A stretch of DNA of 64,000 nucleotides from assembly GCA_963793305.1 (NCBI GenBank), contig CAWBZV010000005.1:128001-192000 (forward strand). The letters are read 5' to 3'. Under the pieces are notes generated by a model that saw nothing but the letters and a program-made list of their open reading frames with translations, did not search any database and had not been told where the DNA came from. This DNA is from an uncultured Gemmatimonadales bacterium. GTDB lineage: Bacteria; Gemmatimonadota; Gemmatimonadetes; Gemmatimonadales; Gemmatimonadaceae. The stretch's first letter is position 1. The number at the start of each line of letters is the position of its first letter. Of the stretch, positions 38,486 through 49,248 are shown one piece after another. Made by a program: the position numbers and the translations under genes.

Positions 38486-40232
38486 ACTGCCCGCGGTAAA
38501 GGCGCGCGTAGGTACCATCGCGCGCCAATAGCGCATCGTGCGTGCCTTCCTCCACGATGCGCCCTCGATCCAGCACGACGACGCGATCCGCGCGCCGGAC
38601 CGTGCTGAGCCGGTGGGCGATGATCAAGGTCGATCGCCGGACGAGGAGCTCTTCCATGGCCTCTTCGACCAAGCGCTCGCTCTCGCTATCGAGGCTCGAC
38701 GTTGCCTCGTCGAGCACGACGACCGCGGGATCCTTCAAGAACACGCGCGCGATCGCGATGCGCTGCCGCTGCCCGCCGGACAACTTGACGCCGCGCTCTC
38801 CGACGCGCGTATCGAGGCCGTCGCTCAGGCGCTCGATGAACTCCCACGCGTGCGCCGCGCGGGCCGCCGCCACGATTAAGTCGTCCGTCGCATCGGCGCT
38901 CGCGTAGGCGATATTCTCCCGAATCGTGCCGCTGAACAACACCGGTTCCTGCGGCACGATGCCGATGGACCCTCGCAGATCGCCGAACGCGAGCGCTCTC
39001 ACGTCATGTCCGTCGAGCGTGATGCGCCCTCGCGTGACATCCCAGAATCTCGGCAGCAGCGACGCCACGGTCGTCTTGCCCGCTCCCGACGGACCCACCA
39101 ACGCGACGACCTCTCCCGGTGCGATGCCGAGCGTGAGCTCATGCAGAACCTCGGGTAGCTCATGCGTGTACCGGAACGAGACATCCTCGAACCGGACCTC
39201 GCCCCGCACGGGCCGCACGAGTGGCTCGGGCGTCACCGGCTCGGCCACCGTCGGCGCGGTCGCCAACAGCTCGAACACCCGCGTGGCCGCCCCGATCGCC
39301 TCCTGATACTGCCCGAACATCGACACGAGTGTCGCGATGGCCGACGCCACCATGAACGCATACAGGAGGAACTGGACGAGCCCGCCCGAGGTGAGCGCGC
39401 CGGTCAACACGAGTCGCCCACCTTGCCACAGGACCGCGACCACGCCACCGAACGCGACGAATCCCACGATGCCAAAGAACAGCGCCCGCAGCAACGCGCG
39501 CCGGATCGCCGCGCGAACGACATCATCGAGGAGTGCTCGATACTGGCGCGCCTCGTATCGCTCGCGGACAAATCCCTGGACGGTGCGGATCTGCGAGAAC
39601 GCCTCCTCGGCATGACCGGTGGCATTCGCGACCAGATCTTGCACGCCCGTACTCGCCTTTCTCAGCGCACGGCCAAAGATCATGGCCGCGCCGATGACAA
39701 CCGGCGTGACCGCCAGCGTCGTCAGGGTGAGCGTCGGGTGCGTGCTGGTGAGCAGAAACAGGCCGCCGATCAAGAACACGATCTGTCGCGCCATCTCCGA
39801 GATATTCGTATTTAACAGCGTCTGCAGGATCGCGAGGTCGGCCGAGAGTCGGCTCGTGAGCTCGCCGGTGCGCCGTTCCGTGAAGAACGCCGGCGACAGC
39901 TGCACGACATGCGCGAATAAATCTTCCCGCAGTTGCGCGATCACTCGCTCGGCCGTGCCGGTCAAGAGATAGACCTGCGCGAAATTCATGAGCCCTTGGA
40001 ACGCAAACAGCGCCAGCAGCACCAGCGCGACGCGATTGAGCATGCCGCCGTCGTGATGCTCGAACGCCGCGTCGAGCAGAATCCGCACTTGTTGCGGGAA
40101 TACCAGCTGCACGGCGGCCGCTGCCAGGAGGCAGATCGTCGCGACGGCAAGTCGGCCAACGTACGGCCTGAGGAGCGGGATCAGCCGCCTCAGCTCGGCA
40201 GAGCCGAGCGTTGTCCAACCGACTCGCTTCAT
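38454..40232 (-). CDS. ABC exporter, fused permease/ATPase
   Basis: TGELTSRL, GPSGAGKTT, LSGGQRQR, LDEATSSLD. Confidence 0.92.
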   Translation of the reverse strand: MKRVGWTTLGSAELRRLIPLLRPYVGRLAVATICLLAAAAVQLVFPQQVRILLDAAFEHHDGGMLNRVALVLLALFAFQGLMNFAQVYLLTGTAERVIAQLREDLFAHVVQLSPAFFTERRTGELTSRLSADLAILQTLLNTNISEMARQIVFLIGGLFLLTSTHPTLTLTTLAVTPVVIGAAMIFGRALRKASTGVQDLVANATGHAEEAFSQIRTVQGFVRERYEARQYRALLDDVVRAAIRRALLRALFFGIVGFVAFGGVVAVLWQGGRLVLTGALTSGGLVQFLLYAFMVASAIATLVSMFGQYQEAIGAATRVFELLATAPTVAEPVTPEPLVRPVRGEVRFEDVSFRYTHELPEVLHELTLGIAPGEVVALVGPSGAGKTTVASLLPRFWDVTRGRITLDGHDVRALAFGDLRGSIGIVPQEPVLFSGTIRENIAYASADATDDLIVAAARAAHAWEFIERLSDGLDTRVGERGVKLSGGQRQRIAIARVFLKDPAVVVLDEATSSLDSESERLVEEAMEELLVRRSTLIIAHRLSTVRRADRVVVLDRGRIVEEGTHDALLARDGTYARLYRGQFRDELAGTSS

Positions 40233-40244
40233 GCGACGCAGTTT

Positions 40245-40295
40245 GTCGCCATGAAGCGCCGCAGCCGAGCGTAGCGAGGCTGTGGCTCCGGCGAC
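40245..40295. repeat. Nested palindrome with GC-GTA-GC tip, probably related to the hairpin repeat family
   Basis: gtcgcc...gccgcagcc-gagcgtagcga-ggctgtggc...ggcgac between ctaB and the ABC gene. Confidence 0.5.
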
Positions 40296-40301
40296 TTGCT
40301 C

Positions 40302-41186
40302 TTAGACCCGACGGTCAACGACCATCGCCAGGAAGAGAAGGGCGAGATACAACAGCGAATACTTGTACACCGACCACGCGGCCTTCGTGGCGGCAGTGGG
40401 TCGACGAACGGCCAGCACACCGATCAGGAGGACGGCCCACAGAGCGACGGCCGCGACCAGGTACACGAGGCCGAACGCCCCGAACGCGACCGGCAGCACG
40501 GTGACCGCGCCGAGCACGATCGTGTACCACAGCATTTGGGATTTGGTCTCGCTCTCACCCCACACGAGCGGCGCCATTGGCACACCGGCGCGCTCGTAAT
40601 CGCGTTGCTTGATGAGCGCGAGCGCCCAGAAATGCGGCGGCGTCCAGTAGAAGATGATGAGAAACAAGTACAGCGCGGCCAAGTCGACCCGGCCCGTGAC
40701 CGCGGCCCATCCCACGAGCGGCGGGAACGCGCCCGCGGCGCCGCCGATCACGATGTTCTGTGGCGTCCGGCGCTTGAGCCATCGCGTGTACACGAACACG
40801 TAGAAGTAGAACCCCGCCAGCGCGAGCGCGGCCGTCAGCACATTCACGAAATGCGCCAGCAGACCCGTGGCGGCGGTCGCCAGCGCCACGCCGAACGCAA
40901 GTACGGCCGTCGCCGCCATCCGACCGCTCGGGATCGGCCGCAGCCGCGTCCGGGCCATGAGGTCGTCGATGTCGCGGTCGAGATACATGTTGACCGCGTT
41001 CGCGCCGCCGGCCATGAGATACCCGCCGAGGCTCACGATGAGCACGAGAGTCCAGCTCGGTCGTCCCGCCACGAACATGGGCGCGATAGTCGTGACCAGC
41101 AGCAGCGAGATAATGCGCGGCTTGGTCAGCGCGACGAGGTCGCTGACCATGGATCGTGTGTCGGTAGTCGCCCGGACGTGCGTCAT
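40302..41186 (-). CDS. ctaB: Protoheme IX farnesyltransferase (heme O synthase)
   Basis: LTKPRI, NMYLDRDID.LMART..RPIPSG, YT.WLKRRT.QNIVIGG, WTPPHFWAL. Confidence 0.95.
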   Translation of the reverse strand: MTHVRATTDTRSMVSDLVALTKPRIISLLLVTTIAPMFVAGRPSWTLVLIVSLGGYLMAGGANAVNMYLDRDIDDLMARTRLRPIPSGRMAATAVLAFGVALATAATGLLAHFVNVLTAALALAGFYFYVFVYTRWLKRRTPQNIVIGGAAGAFPPLVGWAAVTGRVDLAALYLFLIIFYWTPPHFWALALIKQRDYERAGVPMAPLVWGESETKSQMLWYTIVLGAVTVLPVAFGAFGLVYLVAAVALWAVLLIGVLAVRRPTAATKAAWSVYKYSLLYLALLFLAMVVDRRV

Positions 41187-42103
41187 GATGCGAGCGCCGG
41201 TTGCGTGTCGACGCGAACCGTCTCCGCTCGTGCTGCCGCCACACCGCGCCCGGCGAGCGCCGCCGCGGTCACGGCCGTCACCCATACGAGCGTTCCCACC
41301 GCCTGGTGCAGCGACTGCAACGGCGCCGGCAAATGCAGCTCCACCATCGTCGCGGCAACGATGACTTGCAGCACGACCACATAGAACACCCACCGGGTCG
41401 CCAGCACGATCACGCGCCCCTCGCGACGTCGCCTGGTCATCAACGCGACCGAGAACAGGTGGCCGAACAGCAGCAACGCGAGGATTCTATGTGTGACGTG
41501 CAGCGCCAAAGGGAGCCCGCCGAGGAGCACTGAGCGGCACGCGGGAAACCCCTGACATGAGGGCGCGGCACCGGGAACGTTGGCGACCAGCGCCCCGAAG
41601 ACCACGACAACAAACGCGAGTCCGGCGGCAGCGCGAGATGACCGAAACGTGCGCCCCAATGCATCGCCAGGCTGCACATCCCGCGCGCCGAGATTGCCGA
41701 GTCTCACATTGGCGATGACGAGCGTGGCGAGCAGAAACATCGCCAGCGCATAGTGCACCGCGATCAAATACGGATTCGCTAGTGACAGCGCCACGATGCC
41801 CGCGCCGAGCAGCGCGGCCACAACAGTCGTGCCCAGCGCCAAGATGGCGGGTCCACGGATCGCCGAACGCTCACGCGCAGCAAGGATGACCAAGGCGACG
41901 AGCGTTGTCACGAGCGTCGCGGCCAGCAGCCGATGCGAGAACTCGATGATCGTCGCTGTGCTGCCCAGCGTCGGCAAAACCTGACTGTTGCAATCCGGCC
42001 AGTGCTCGCCGCACCCCATGCCGGATCCCGTGATCCGCACGATGGCGCCGAGCACCGTATGGGCGTAGGCCACGACCAAGGCAAACAAAGAAAGCTGGCG
42101 CAT
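41183..42103 (-). CDS. ctaA: Heme A synthase (COX15/CtaA)
   Basis: GAIVRITGSGMGC..WPDC, EFSHR, second C..FP.C and HR repeat. Confidence 0.9.
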   Translation of the reverse strand: MRQLSLFALVVAYAHTVLGAIVRITGSGMGCGEHWPDCNSQVLPTLGSTATIIEFSHRLLAATLVTTLVALVILAARERSAIRGPAILALGTTVVAALLGAGIVALSLANPYLIAVHYALAMFLLATLVIANVRLGNLGARDVQPGDALGRTFRSSRAAAGLAFVVVVFGALVANVPGAAPSCQGFPACRSVLLGGLPLALHVTHRILALLLFGHLFSVALMTRRRREGRVIVLATRWVFYVVVLQVIVAATMVELHLPAPLQSLHQAVGTLVWVTAVTAAALAGRGVAAARAETVRVDTQPALAS

Positions 42104-42303
42104 CACGCTGGCGGGACGGCGTGCAGTACGTGCCAAGTCCACACGAGGATGGCGAGCAGCCCGATTGCCGGGACGACCGCCCACGTTGCATCCAAGGCCC
42201 ATCGTCCGGATTTGCGGGATCGCATCACCGACCGCACGATGGCGGCGTGCGCCACGAGACATGCGGCGGCGGCCAACCAGAATAGAACGAGATTCGGACG
42301 CAT
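42103..42303 (-). CDS. 66-aa two-helix membrane protein resembling the cytochrome c oxidase subunit II TM hairpin
   Basis: LDATWAVVPAIGL resembles LEixWtviP; abuts the ctaA start. Confidence 0.6.
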   Translation of the reverse strand: MRPNLVLFWLAAAACLVAHAAIVRSVMRSRKSGRWALDATWAVVPAIGLLAILVWTWHVLHAVPPA

Positions 42304-42355
42304 GGAAAGAGGTAATCTGGTGGTAGACCCACGTGCGACGCTATATGATGCTCGC

Positions 42356-43735
42356 ATGTCTTCGAGCCCGCCCTTAACAGGCCTCCGCCGGCGCCTCGGC
42401 CTCTGGAGCGCCACAGCGGTTCTGGTGGGTTCGACGATTGGCTCGGGGATCTTCCGGACCCCGGCTGGCGTCGCCGCCCGACTCCCGGGTCCGCTGCCGA
42501 TGCTCCTCGTGTGGGCGACGGGTGGCCTGTTCGCGCTCTGCGGCGCCTTGACGCTCGCGGAGGTCGCTGGCGCGATGCCGGCCACAGGCGGCCCCTATGT
42601 GTTCATTCGCGAAGCCTGGGGCCGAATGGCGGCATTCGTGTTCGGGTGGTCCGAGCTACTCATCATTCGGGCCGCCTCGCTGGGGGCGCTCTCCACGACA
42701 TTCGCCGAGTACTTGTTTCGGTTGATCGACCAGATCACTGGCCAAACGGGCGCGTCGCATCCGATCCACATCGTCGCCGCGCTCGCGATCGCCACGACGG
42801 CCGCGTTCAACTACATCGGGCTTGGCTTCAGCTCCGCCGTCCAGAACATCACGACGCTAGCCAAATATGGCGGCCTGGCCCTACTGGTCATCGTGGCCTG
42901 TACCGTGGGATTTTCCACCGGCGGCGCCCAGCACTTCGTCCCCGCCGTTCCCCCGGGCAGCTTCACGCCGGCCGCGTTCGGCCTCGCCCTGGTTTCCGTG
43001 CTCTGGGCGTTCGATGGTTGGGCCGATCTGTCGTTCGTGGCTGGCGAGGTGTCAGATCCCCGGCGTGTCCTCCCTCGGGCGATCATTGGCGGCACACTGG
43101 CCGTGATGGTCATCTACCTGTTGGCGAACGTGTCATATCTGGCGGTCCTGCCAGTATCAGAGATCCGTGCATCTCCGCTGGTCGCCGCCACCGTGGCGAA
43201 TCGGGTCGTCGGCGGCTGGGGCACGATCTTCGTCTCCGTCACCGTCGTCGTATCGACGTTTGGCACACTGAACGCGACGCTGATCACGGCGCCACGGATT
43301 TTCTATGCCATGGCGGAAGACGGCATGCTCTTCAATCGCATTGGAGCCGTGCACCCGAAATTCGGGACGCCGTATGTGGCGGTGATGCTGGCCGCGGCGA
43401 TGGGCATTGGCTTCGTGCTCCTCCGCACGTTCGACCAACTGGCCGATACGTTCGTGACGGCGATCGTCCCGTTCTATGCGCTCAGTGTCGCGGCCGTCTT
43501 CGTGCTGCGGCGGCGAGCGAGCTATGACCCGCCGTTCCGGGTCCCGGGGTATCCCGTAGTGCCGGCGCTCTTCGTGCTCGCGACGCTGTTCCTGCTCGTC
43601 AATGCCGTCGCTGACCCCACCAGTCGGTGGCCGACACTCGCGGTATTCGCGGCCGTGCTGGCGGGGATTCCCGTCTACTTCCTGACGGTCAGAAGATATG
43701 GATCGGGGGTACGAACTTCCCCGGATGCGTCTTGA
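42356..43735 (+). CDS. APC-family amino acid permease
   Basis: IGSGIF..P, GG.YVF, WAFDGW, PRIFYAMA, TP..A, PFRVPGYP. Confidence 0.92.
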   Translation: MSSSPPLTGLRRRLGLWSATAVLVGSTIGSGIFRTPAGVAARLPGPLPMLLVWATGGLFALCGALTLAEVAGAMPATGGPYVFIREAWGRMAAFVFGWSELLIIRAASLGALSTTFAEYLFRLIDQITGQTGASHPIHIVAALAIATTAAFNYIGLGFSSAVQNITTLAKYGGLALLVIVACTVGFSTGGAQHFVPAVPPGSFTPAAFGLALVSVLWAFDGWADLSFVAGEVSDPRRVLPRAIIGGTLAVMVIYLLANVSYLAVLPVSEIRASPLVAATVANRVVGGWGTIFVSVTVVVSTFGTLNATLITAPRIFYAMAEDGMLFNRIGAVHPKFGTPYVAVMLAAAMGIGFVLLRTFDQLADTFVTAIVPFYALSVAAVFVLRRRASYDPPFRVPGYPVVPALFVLATLFLLVNAVADPTSRWPTLAVFAAVLAGIPVYFLTVRRYGSGVRTSPDAS

Positions 43736-44574
43736 GCTCGAGCGTCAGCGAATCGAGCCGGGCGACGAGCGAGTTGACGTGGTTGTAGAGCTCCGGATCG
43801 TTCACGAGCTTGCCGGCGCTGCCGCCGCCCGTGTCGATTTTCGCGACGAGCGCATCGAGATGCGAACGTCGTATTCGACAGATTGCTGGTCAGCGTCGTC
43901 AGGTTCGCGCTCGACGTGCGGATGTTCTTCACGGTCGAGTCGATCGCCGATGAGTCGACGGCCGACACGGCGCGGTTGAGCGAAGCCATTGTCCGGTTAA
44001 GGGCCTTCGATTGGTCCGTGGCGATCTGGCTCAGCGTCTCCACGAGCTTGTTCGCGTTGTAGAGCGTCTTCCGCAGGTCGCCGATCGCGCCGCCCTGCAC
44101 GAGCTCGACCTGTACGGCCTTGGTGACGTCGCCCAGCTGACCGCCGATCGAGTCCATTTTCATGATCAGATCGCCGATGCCCGGCGCCGGCGCAGCCGTC
44201 GGAATCGTGTCGTTCTTCGCGATGTATTGGGTGGTCGGCCGCGCCGGTTTGAGCGCGACCTCCATGTCCCCGAACAACCCGTTTGGCTCGATCGCCGCCA
44301 CGGTGTTGACCGGGATCCGGTACTTGTTCTCGATCGAGAGCCGCACGCTCACGGTCCCATCGGGCACCAATTCGACGTTGTCGACATAGCCGACGCTCAC
44401 GCCGGACAAGAGCACCGGCTGCCCTTGCTTGACGCCCGCGCCCCACCGGAACCGGGAATACAGCGGATAGCCCGACGAGAGCCCGCCCCGGATCAAGTAG
44501 ACCGTGCCGAAGACCAGGACGAGGATCGCGACCGCGGTCACCAGTCCGACCAACACTGCGTCGCGTCGTCTCAT
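43689..44574 (-). CDS. mlaD: MlaD/MCE family protein, apparent frameshift near 43865
   Basis: GVKQGQPVLLSGVSVG.V, GLFGD; corrected C-terminus GSAGKLVNDPELY...HPGKFVPPIHIF*. Confidence 0.85.
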
Positions 44575-45398
44575 TGGAGATACTTGGCCAGAGCGGCTGC
44601 CGTGAGCGCGTCGAGCACGAGAATCCAGACAGAGGTGATGACGACGGCCTTCGCCGTCGACTTGCCGACGCCCTCGGCGCCGGCGCTGGTCACGTATCCC
44701 TCATACGAGCACAGAAACGAAATCGCCCCGCCAAACATGAACGATTTGATCAGACTATAGAAGACTTGAAACGTATTGAACTCCAGTCTCAAGCCATCCC
44801 GAAAATCGAACCACTTGATATCGGTGCCGAGAATCGCGGTGATATACGCGGCCCCAATGCCCACCGCATTCGCGAAGATGACGAGCACCGGCAACATACA
44901 GAGCCCGGCAATCACGCGGGGCACAACTAAATACGCCAGCGGATCATACGCCAGCGTCTCGAGCGCGTCGATCTGCTCCGTGACCCGCATGGTCCCGATC
45001 TCGGCGGTCATCTGGGCTCCGACGCGTCCAGCCAGCACCAATCCCGTCAGCAGCGGCCCGAGCTCCAACACGAGGCTCTGTCGCGTAATCAGCCCGACCA
45101 CGGAGAGCTGAATACCGGGGAAAAGCTGGTATCGAGATTGGAAGGAAATGACGGAGCCAATAAAAGCGGAGACCAAAATGACGAGGGGGATCGAGTCGAC
45201 CCCCACGGCTTTCATCTGCTTGACGATCTCGGGCCCGTACGTCCGAGGCTCGGACAATGCGCGAAACATGTCCGCGGCGAAAAACGTGCGATCGCCGAGA
45301 CCACGCAGTGTGTTGAGAACCCCGTTCGCATACCGCTGCCAGATGCGCATCGGCAGGCTCACGCGCGGGGCGGGAATCGGGAACGTACCGGTCGTCAC
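44571..45398 (-). CDS. mlaE: MlaE ABC permease
   Basis: GVDSIP, ELGPLLTG..LAGRVG, AEIGTMRVTEQIDAL, GAEGVG.ST. Confidence 0.93.
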   Translation of the reverse strand: MTTGTFPIPAPRVSLPMRIWQRYANGVLNTLRGLGDRTFFAADMFRALSEPRTYGPEIVKQMKAVGVDSIPLVILVSAFIGSVISFQSRYQLFPGIQLSVVGLITRQSLVLELGPLLTGLVLAGRVGAQMTAEIGTMRVTEQIDALETLAYDPLAYLVVPRVIAGLCMLPVLVIFANAVGIGAAYITAILGTDIKWFDFRDGLRLEFNTFQVFYSLIKSFMFGGAISFLCSYEGYVTSAGAEGVGKSTAKAVVITSVWILVLDALTAAALAKYLQ

Positions 45399-46471
45399 GT
45401 CCGCACGCGGATGAGGAGATACGCGCCGGCCAGGCCGAACAACACGTTCGGCACCCACGCCGCGAGGTCTGGCGGGATGAGCCCCTTGTTGCCGACACCC
45501 TTGGTCAGTTGAATCAGCATCAAAAACGCGATCGTCGTGGCGAGACTCACGCCGACACCGTACGCCGCGCCGCCGCGTTTCGTGCTCGTCGCCAGCGACG
45601 CGCCGAACATCACGATGATGATGCACGTCACCGGCACGGCGATCTTCTGTGCCCGCTCGACCCGCAGCTCGGCCGCGTCCCCACCGGACCGCTCGGCCGC
45701 CCTGATGTACCGGGTCAGATCGCTGTACCCCATGTCCTCGGGCTTACGCGGAATCGCCATGAGATCGGCGGGCGTCTCGCGGAACTGTTTGTCGTGCACC
45801 GAATCGAACTGCACACTGAAGTTGCGGTTCGAGTCCGGAACGACGTGCACCACGCCCCGCGCCAGTTCCCAGCCGTGCGCCGGCGTCCAGGTGCCGTGGT
45901 TCGCGGTCAGGATCACGGTGGGATAATCCGCCCCGTTGCCCTTTCGTTCGATCTCCAGGCCATCAATGGTGTGGCGTTGCGAGCTCAGGGCGCTCACCCG
46001 ATACACCCGTCCCTCGGTCCCAGCGTACGTAAAATTGTACCGGTCGGTGCCCGTCTTGAACTGGGATTCCTGCAGCAGGTCACTGCGCTTCGCGTTGGTG
46101 ATGGGCACGAGCCACGAGAGCAGCAGTCCCAGGCCGCAGGCCAGCGTCGCTCCGAAATAGATCGGCGCCGTCAGGCGGTAGAACGAGATACCGGACGCTT
46201 TGGCCGCGGTGATTTCCGCATGACGCGTAAATGCACCGATCGAGAACACCGTTGCGAACAGCACGGCCGCCGGCAACACGAGAAACATCGAGTCGGGAAG
46301 CCAGAAGATGTAACTCAGCGCGATGCTCCCGGGCGGGATATTCCGGTTCAAGTAGTCGTTGAGATGGTCGACCAGGTCGATGACGATGACCAGGATCGGA
46401 AATCCCAACGCGGTCGCCACGAAGATGTTCCACCACTCGGAGAACACATACCGATCGAGCGGACGGAACAC
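45395..46471 (-). CDS. lptG: LPS export permease LptG (LptF/LptG family)
   Basis: LDRYV, LPAAVL, EITAAKASGIS, LAAWVPN. Confidence 0.85.
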   Translation of the reverse strand: MFRPLDRYVFSEWWNIFVATALGFPILVIVIDLVDHLNDYLNRNIPPGSIALSYIFWLPDSMFLVLPAAVLFATVFSIGAFTRHAEITAAKASGISFYRLTAPIYFGATLACGLGLLLSWLVPITNAKRSDLLQESQFKTGTDRYNFTYAGTEGRVYRVSALSSQRHTIDGLEIERKGNGADYPTVILTANHGTWTPAHGWELARGVVHVVPDSNRNFSVQFDSVHDKQFRETPADLMAIPRKPEDMGYSDLTRYIRAAERSGGDAAELRVERAQKIAVPVTCIIIVMFGASLATSTKRGGAAYGVGVSLATTIAFLMLIQLTKGVGNKGLIPPDLAAWVPNVLFGLAGAYLLIRVRT

Positions 46472-48268
46472 TTACGCGTTCTCGGTCGAGAGGGCGGCGT
46501 TGCGACGCCGACCCCGGAAGAGCGGGGCGAGGCGCCGGCGCACGGCATCTTTGAGCTCGCTCCAATAGCCGCCGCGCGACGTACTCGACTCGCGCCCGAG
46601 TCGCGACAACAGGAAAAGGCCGACGACGCCGAACACGATATTCGACGCCCACATCGCCAGGAACGGCGAGAGGGTGCCGCGCTGCGCCAGCGGCTCGCCG
46701 GCGATGAGACCGATGTAGTAGATCGCGAACGCCGCCAGGCTCACGCCGAGGACCATCCCGACCCCCCCGCGCGGAAACCGAAGGGCGATCGGGGCCCCGA
46801 GGAACACGAAGATCACGCACGCGACCGCGATCGCGAACAGCTTGTGAATCTGGTTGTCGTAGAGATTCACCGAGCGCACCCCATTGTCCACCTCGGCCCG
46901 CGTGGCTTCGATCGTCGAGCTCAGGGTACTGAGCGCGAGCGTCGCCTGTGACGGCGGACGATACACTCGCGCGGGGACCTGCGGTACCTGTGGCCTCGGG
47001 AACACACGGGGCGGCGGCACCACCCGGGGGATCACCCGGGCTGGCGGCTGCACCCTCGGTAGCACCGTTCGAGGCGGCGGCAGTATTCGCGGTGGGGCCG
47101 GTGTCGGCAGTACCACAGGCCCGCCGGCGCTGGGCGGCAACGGCCGCATGCCCGCACTTGGTGGCACCGACATTCCCGCACTGGCTGGCACCGGTTTAGC
47201 CGACGCGATCGCTTTCGCGGGCTCCGCCAGAGGTGAGGCGGGCGCGCCAGCGCCGCCGCCTTTCTTGCGCTCAAAGCGAGCGAAAAAGCGATCGACCGCA
47301 TCCAGCCCGTCGCAGTAGACCTTCCCAAGCCCACCGCGAGCCGGCGGCGGCGCCGTTGGCCCGGGTCCGCGATTGGGAGCGGCGCCAGTCGCCGCGACGC
47401 GCGCCCCATCCACCATGAACCGCCGCACCTCGGCGATGGCCCGCCCTTGGGCGTCCTCGCCCACCGCAACGTTCGATTGGAGCTCGCAGATGGTCATCTC
47501 CCGATCGCTCTTGAAGTCGTCGTTCGTCGATCGGGTCAGCTGGTCGCCGACGCCTTTGATGCGAATGAGATCCACGCGATAGAACATGCGCTGGAGCTCC
47601 TCGGGCGTCGCCTTTTGCACTTCGTTCATCGACCCGTCGAACAGCGTGAGCTCGAGCTCCCCGCTCACGGGCGACAGGGCCATGAGCCCGCTGTCGGCAT
47701 AGATGGTCCGGTTGCGCGTCGGATCGCCCAGATCGTAGATGGTGACTTCACGAAGCCGACTCGTCGCCTGATCGATGTGCGCCGCGGCGAGAAAGAGCTT
47801 GCCCGGCGACACTTCATTGATGACCCGCGGGCGCAACGCGAACGTCGGCTTCTTGCGCGCGATATCGCTTTGCAGCGTGCGGAGCCGATGGTTGGATCGC
47901 GGGAGCACCTGGTCGTTGAAGGCGACCATCGCGAACATGATCCCACAGGAAGCGATGATCACGGGAATGAGCACCCGCCCCACGGAGACGCCGCTGGCTT
48001 TGAGCGCCGTGATCTCGTTCTCCGACGCCAGGCGGCTGAACGCGTACAGCACGGCGATCAGCACCGCCATGGGCACCGTCAGCGCCACCGTCAGCGGCAG
48101 TGACAGCAGGATAAATTCGGTGATGACCGTCCAGGGCAGGCCCTTTCCGACCAGCTGCCCGATATTCTTGGCGATGTAATTGAGTAACAAAAGGGACGTC
48201 AATGCGGCGAGCGCGAACGTCAGCGGCCCGGCGTGCTCTCGCAAGACGTACCTATTGAGTATCTTCAC
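46472..48268 (-). CDS. lptF: LPS export permease LptF with a proline-rich insertion
   Basis: ILNRYVLRE, ENEITALKASGVS, HKLFAI..AC, AMWASN; Pro/Arg-rich insert at about 46950-47260. Confidence 0.85.
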   Translation of the reverse strand: MKILNRYVLREHAGPLTFALAALTSLLLLNYIAKNIGQLVGKGLPWTVITEFILLSLPLTVALTVPMAVLIAVLYAFSRLASENEITALKASGVSVGRVLIPVIIASCGIMFAMVAFNDQVLPRSNHRLRTLQSDIARKKPTFALRPRVINEVSPGKLFLAAAHIDQATSRLREVTIYDLGDPTRNRTIYADSGLMALSPVSGELELTLFDGSMNEVQKATPEELQRMFYRVDLIRIKGVGDQLTRSTNDDFKSDREMTICELQSNVAVGEDAQGRAIAEVRRFMVDGARVAATGAAPNRGPGPTAPPPARGGLGKVYCDGLDAVDRFFARFERKKGGGAGAPASPLAEPAKAIASAKPVPASAGMSVPPSAGMRPLPPSAGGPVVLPTPAPPRILPPPRTVLPRVQPPARVIPRVVPPPRVFPRPQVPQVPARVYRPPSQATLALSTLSSTIEATRAEVDNGVRSVNLYDNQIHKLFAIAVACVIFVFLGAPIALRFPRGGVGMVLGVSLAAFAIYYIGLIAGEPLAQRGTLSPFLAMWASNIVFGVVGLFLLSRLGRESSTSRGGYWSELKDAVRRRLAPLFRGRRRNAALSTENA

Positions 48269-48287
48269 TCGCTAAATTCCGTGAGCC

Positions 48288-49209
48288 TTGAGACCAATTT
48301 CAAGATCAAGAACTTTGGGCATCTTCCTTTGCGCGATCACAGTGTTCGGTGCGTGCGGTCACGGTGCGGCGCACACGCCGTTCGACGGTCGTGCCGCGCT
48401 CGCGCTCATCCGCACCCAACTCGACTTCGGACCGCGCATTCCGGGCACTGATGGCGCGCTTCGCTGCGGCGACTGGATCGTCGCGACGATGGCGAAGAGC
48501 GCGGACACCGTGATTGTCCAAAGCTGGACGCATACGACCGTCCGGGGCAAACAACTCCCCCTTCGCAACATACTCGCTCGGTATCGCCCCTCGGAGACGA
48601 ATCGCGTGCTGTATGTGACGCACTGGGACACGCGGCCGGTCTCCGACGAGGCGACCGACCCGGCCGAGCGGAGCCAGCCCGTCCCGGGGGCGAACGATGG
48701 CGCATTGGGGACCGCCTTGCTCATGGAGCTCGGCGCCGTCCTCGCCAAGACGCCGCCCACCTATGGCGTCGACCTGCTCTTTGTCGACGGTGAGGACTAC
48801 GGCACGTTCACACCCGAGCACGACGTCCTCCTCGGCTCCACCTATTTCGCGTCGCATTCTGCCGTCGTCCGATTATCGGCCCATCTTCGGCATTCTGTGG
48901 GACATGATCGGGGATCGAGACCTCCAGATCTACGAGGAGGGCAACTCCCTCCAGCAGGCTCCCGAGGTCGTCCAGCGCGTGTGGCACGCGGCCGGGGACC
49001 TCGGGTACGCCGACTACTTTGTACCCCGCTACAAGTACACGGTCACGGACGACCACGTGCCCTTGCTCAAGGCCGGCCTGCGCGTCATTGACGTGATCGA
49101 CTTCGACTACCAGGGGGTCCACCACACGCCCCGGGACACCTTCGACAAGGTCTCGGCCGCCTCGCTCCAGATCGTCGGCGACGTAGCGACCACCCTCGTT
49201 ACACAATAG
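48288..49209 (+). CDS. M28 peptidase / glutaminyl-cyclase-like lipoprotein, apparent frameshift near 48857
   Basis: FGPRIPGT, HWDTRP, GANDG, FVDGEDYG, DMIGD, DDHVP, HHT..D. Confidence 0.88.
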
Positions 49210-49220
49210 CGGAAGGCGGT

Positions 49221-49248
49221 GGGGGGTCCGGGGGCGTGACGCCGCCGG
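49221..49248 (-). repeat. Partial copy (right module) of the hairpin repeat family
   Basis: ggggggtccgggggcg-tga-cgccgccgg matches the GGGGGGTCCGGGGGGCG end of the full copies. Confidence 0.55.
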
